Source of the DNA: Massalongia carnosa
Lineage: Eukaryota
NCBI GenBank assembly: GCA_965645245.1
Contig: OZ287083.1
Location: 1,240,001 to 1,304,000, forward strand
DNA: 64,000 bases
Direction: 5' to 3'
The notes below the pieces were generated by a model that was not told the origin of the DNA, ran no database searches, and worked only from the letters and a program-made list of their open reading frames with translations. The translations under genes and the position numbers were made by a program. Shown piece after piece: positions 61,297 through 64,000 of the stretch (its first letter is position 1; every line of letters begins with the position of its first letter).

Positions 61297-62850
61297 ATGG
61301 ATTATCTAGCTGCTACCGGAATGAAATTCAAACTCAGGCGCAATGCATCCATGCCTCGAGTCCCGAGTCGTGGCAATTCGCACCACAATGGAAGGCCGAC
61401 AGAACGTACATCACTTCTCGATCGTTGGTCGCATAACGAGAATGGTCAACCACTGCAGGAAGACTCGCGAGCTTGGGTGCGATGGCCGTCGAATGCTCTC
61501 TACCTTTCCTACAAGACGCTTGAGAGCGGCTATGTGAACGTGTTATTGGTATTTGTGCCATTGGGTATTATCGCCGGGGCTACCGGATGGAGTCCGACTG
61601 CGATCTTTATTCTGAACTTTCTTGCCATCATACCGTTGGCATCGCTGTTGAGCTTTGCGACGGAGCAATTGTCCCTCAAGCTGGGTCAAACATTAGGTGG
61701 ACTGTTGAACGCGACGTTTGGAAACGCAGTCGAGCTGATCGTAAGTCTGTCTTTGCAAGGAGGCACAGACGATGCTCACAACGGAAACAGGTCAGTGTTG
61801 TAGCATTAAAAAATGGACAAATCCGTATTGTGCAATCGAGTATGCTGGGATCCATACTGTCCAATATACTCCTTGTTCTTGGCTGCTGCTTCCTTGCCGG
61901 GGGACTCAAGCATCGAGAGCAGCACTTCAACACTACGGTGGCTTCCACCATGTCTTCCTTAATGGCAGTGTCCTCGGCATCCCTGATCATTCCTGCAACG
62001 CTATATGCGGCGATGAGAAGTTCAGACACGGCCTCAGACAAGGCCTCCACCACGAAGAATATTCTGCTTCTTTCGCGCGGGACTGCGATTATTCTTTTGA
62101 TTCTATACGTTCTCTATCTTGTATTCCAACTCAAAACCCATGCCCATTTATTTGATGAAAAGCCCACTCCCGAAGGCAATGAGGAGCAGGCCGCGGAAGG
62201 TGAAGAGGCAAATAACAATATGGAGGAGGAACCACTCCTTAGTCCGTGGTCCGCTGGCGTGGCTCTTGTTGTAGTCACTCTTCTCGTCGCTGTCTGTGCG
62301 GAATACCTGGTCGATAGCATCGATTCGATTGTGCAGACCGCACATATCAGCAAGACTTTTATCGGCTTAGTCCTGCTGCCAATCGTTGGGAACGCCGCCG
62401 AACATGTTACTGCGGTGGTCGTCGCATGGAGAGACAAGATGGATTTGGCCATTGGAGTTGCTATTGGGAGCAGCATGCAAATTGCCCTTCTCGTCACGCC
62501 GTTTTTGGTCATTCTGGGTTGGATCATCGGTCAGGAGATGACTCTCCGCTTTGAGACGTTTGAGACTGTCGTATTCTTTTTGAGCATGCTCATCACCAAC
62601 TACCTCATTCAGGTTTGTGGATATACTGTATCATGACATGGGTTATCACCGCTGATTTGATCCAGGATGGGAAATCGAATTATCTGGAAGGAGCCATGCT
62701 GATTGGAATGTACGAGCTTTATTCTGTCCCCCCAACATTTGGAGAGCATTCACTGATTTACACAGGTATACCATCATTGCCGTGGCCTTTTTCGTCTATC
62801 CGGACGATGCGAAGGATGTTGGAAATCAGTTGTTTACTTTCCTGTCATAA
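61297..62850 (+). CDS. VCX1: Vacuolar Ca2+/H+ exchanger (CAX)
   Basis: NVLLVFVPLG, GLLNATFGNAVELI, LGSILSNILLVLG, FQLKTH, LLPIVGNAAEH, AIGSSMQIALLVTP, QDGKSNYLEGAML; three introns. Confidence 0.95.
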
Positions 62851-63309
62851 CCCTCAGACTCGGAGTAGCTCCAGGTCGATATCCGGGATGAGCAGGGGTT
62901 GAGGTGTATTGTTATACTTTGTACATAAACTGCTCAAGGCGATCAGGGGTTGGGAACGTTAAAAATTTTTTTCGTTCTATTCTTTCCTCCAAGAAGACGA
63001 CTTTTCTTATCTTTTCTTCACACTACAACAGAAATTCTTGCATTCTATCCACACATGTGGACTATTATTACCTAGTTACCTTGTATGGTGCATTTATCAT
63101 GCTGTCAATAATGATTAAAAACTAGCAGGGCCGCACGGGAAATCGGGGTGGGACAACCCCGAGCCCGAGGTACTCCGACTCCTCATCCCCTCAGATGTCG
63201 TCATAGACTCTAGGCCCCAAGAAAAGAAACAGAGTATCCGCATACCACTCTCTTTCTTTCCCTCCATCCGCCCCACCGTTGCCTCTCGCTTCCTCCCCAA
63301 AATAGAAAA

Positions 63310-64000
63310 ATGCCCCTCCTTCCCTCCCTTCTTCAATCAACCGCCTTATCCACCCCCTTCCTCTCCACCCTCGTCCCCAGCATCTCCCTCGCCTACGCTC
63401 TCCAAGGTCTCGCCGCCGTGCCGTCTATCCTTGCTCACACAGAGCACTACTACGACCTTTCGGGTTCTCTGACTTATCTCTCCTGCACGGCGCTGAGTCT
63501 GTATTTGCCGGCTTTAAGAGCGGCGAACGCGTCCACTGCGGGGAAATGGACGGGAGCGGGGACGTTTGTGTGGCCGCGAGTGGGGACCGTGGTAAGGGGC
63601 TTGAATTGGAGACAGGTCGCGTTGAGCGCGGCTGTGGGGGTGTGGGCAACCCGATGTGAGTCTCCTCTCAATCTAAGTTATCTGAGATTCTCCCGTTTCC
63701 ACTAATTCACATTCCATGGCCGCCTATGTTGACTTCTGAACAGTAGGAACCTACCTTTACCGGCGCATCTCGGTCTCAGGCTCCGACTCCCGCTTCGCCA
63801 CCATCCGCGACTCCCCCCCTAGATTCCTCACCGCCTTCTTCCTCCAAGCAACTTGGGTCAGCATTTGCCTGCTCCCCGTTCTCGCCATCAACGCCATCCC
63901 CGCGCCGGTCCTCGCCACACTCCCTCGCTCCGTCATCCTCACCGATGCGCTCGGCCTCGCCCTTTTCGCCGGCGGCCTCGGCTTCGAGGTCCTGGCCGAC
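63310..64000 (+). CDS. DUF1295 / steroid 5-alpha-reductase-like membrane protein (3' truncated by window)
   Basis: TEHYYDLSGSLTY, NWRQVALS..WATR, intron, LGTYLYRRI..SDSRF..IR..FFLQATWVSICLLPV, GFEVLAD. Confidence 0.88.

Overview
Filamentous-ascomycete (Pezizomycotina-like) nuclear DNA with spliceosomal introns. Conserved genes: PTH11-like receptor (partial), pyruvate dehydrogenase kinase, GH2 beta-galactosidase, SIF2/TBL1, DUF1751/TMEM115, RRP12, SEC6, MRPL33, DPL1, a Pho85-type cyclin, AHA1, an S10 carboxypeptidase, VCX1 and a DUF1295 gene (partial). Accessory content: three pseudogenes, an orphan secreted two-repeat six-Cys protein and several transposons. A Tad1-like LINE is interrupted by an intact Tc1/IS630-like element that has CAC...GTG ends and a 5-bp target duplication instead of TA; a deletion derivative of that family lies at about 9.4-9.7 kb. 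A TA-flanked MITE sits at 29.3 kb, and a pogo/Fot1-like element, whose transposase has five in-frame TGA codons at Trp-consensus positions, is nested in a DD34E Tc1 element. Family assignments are from motif recognition only; no searches were run.
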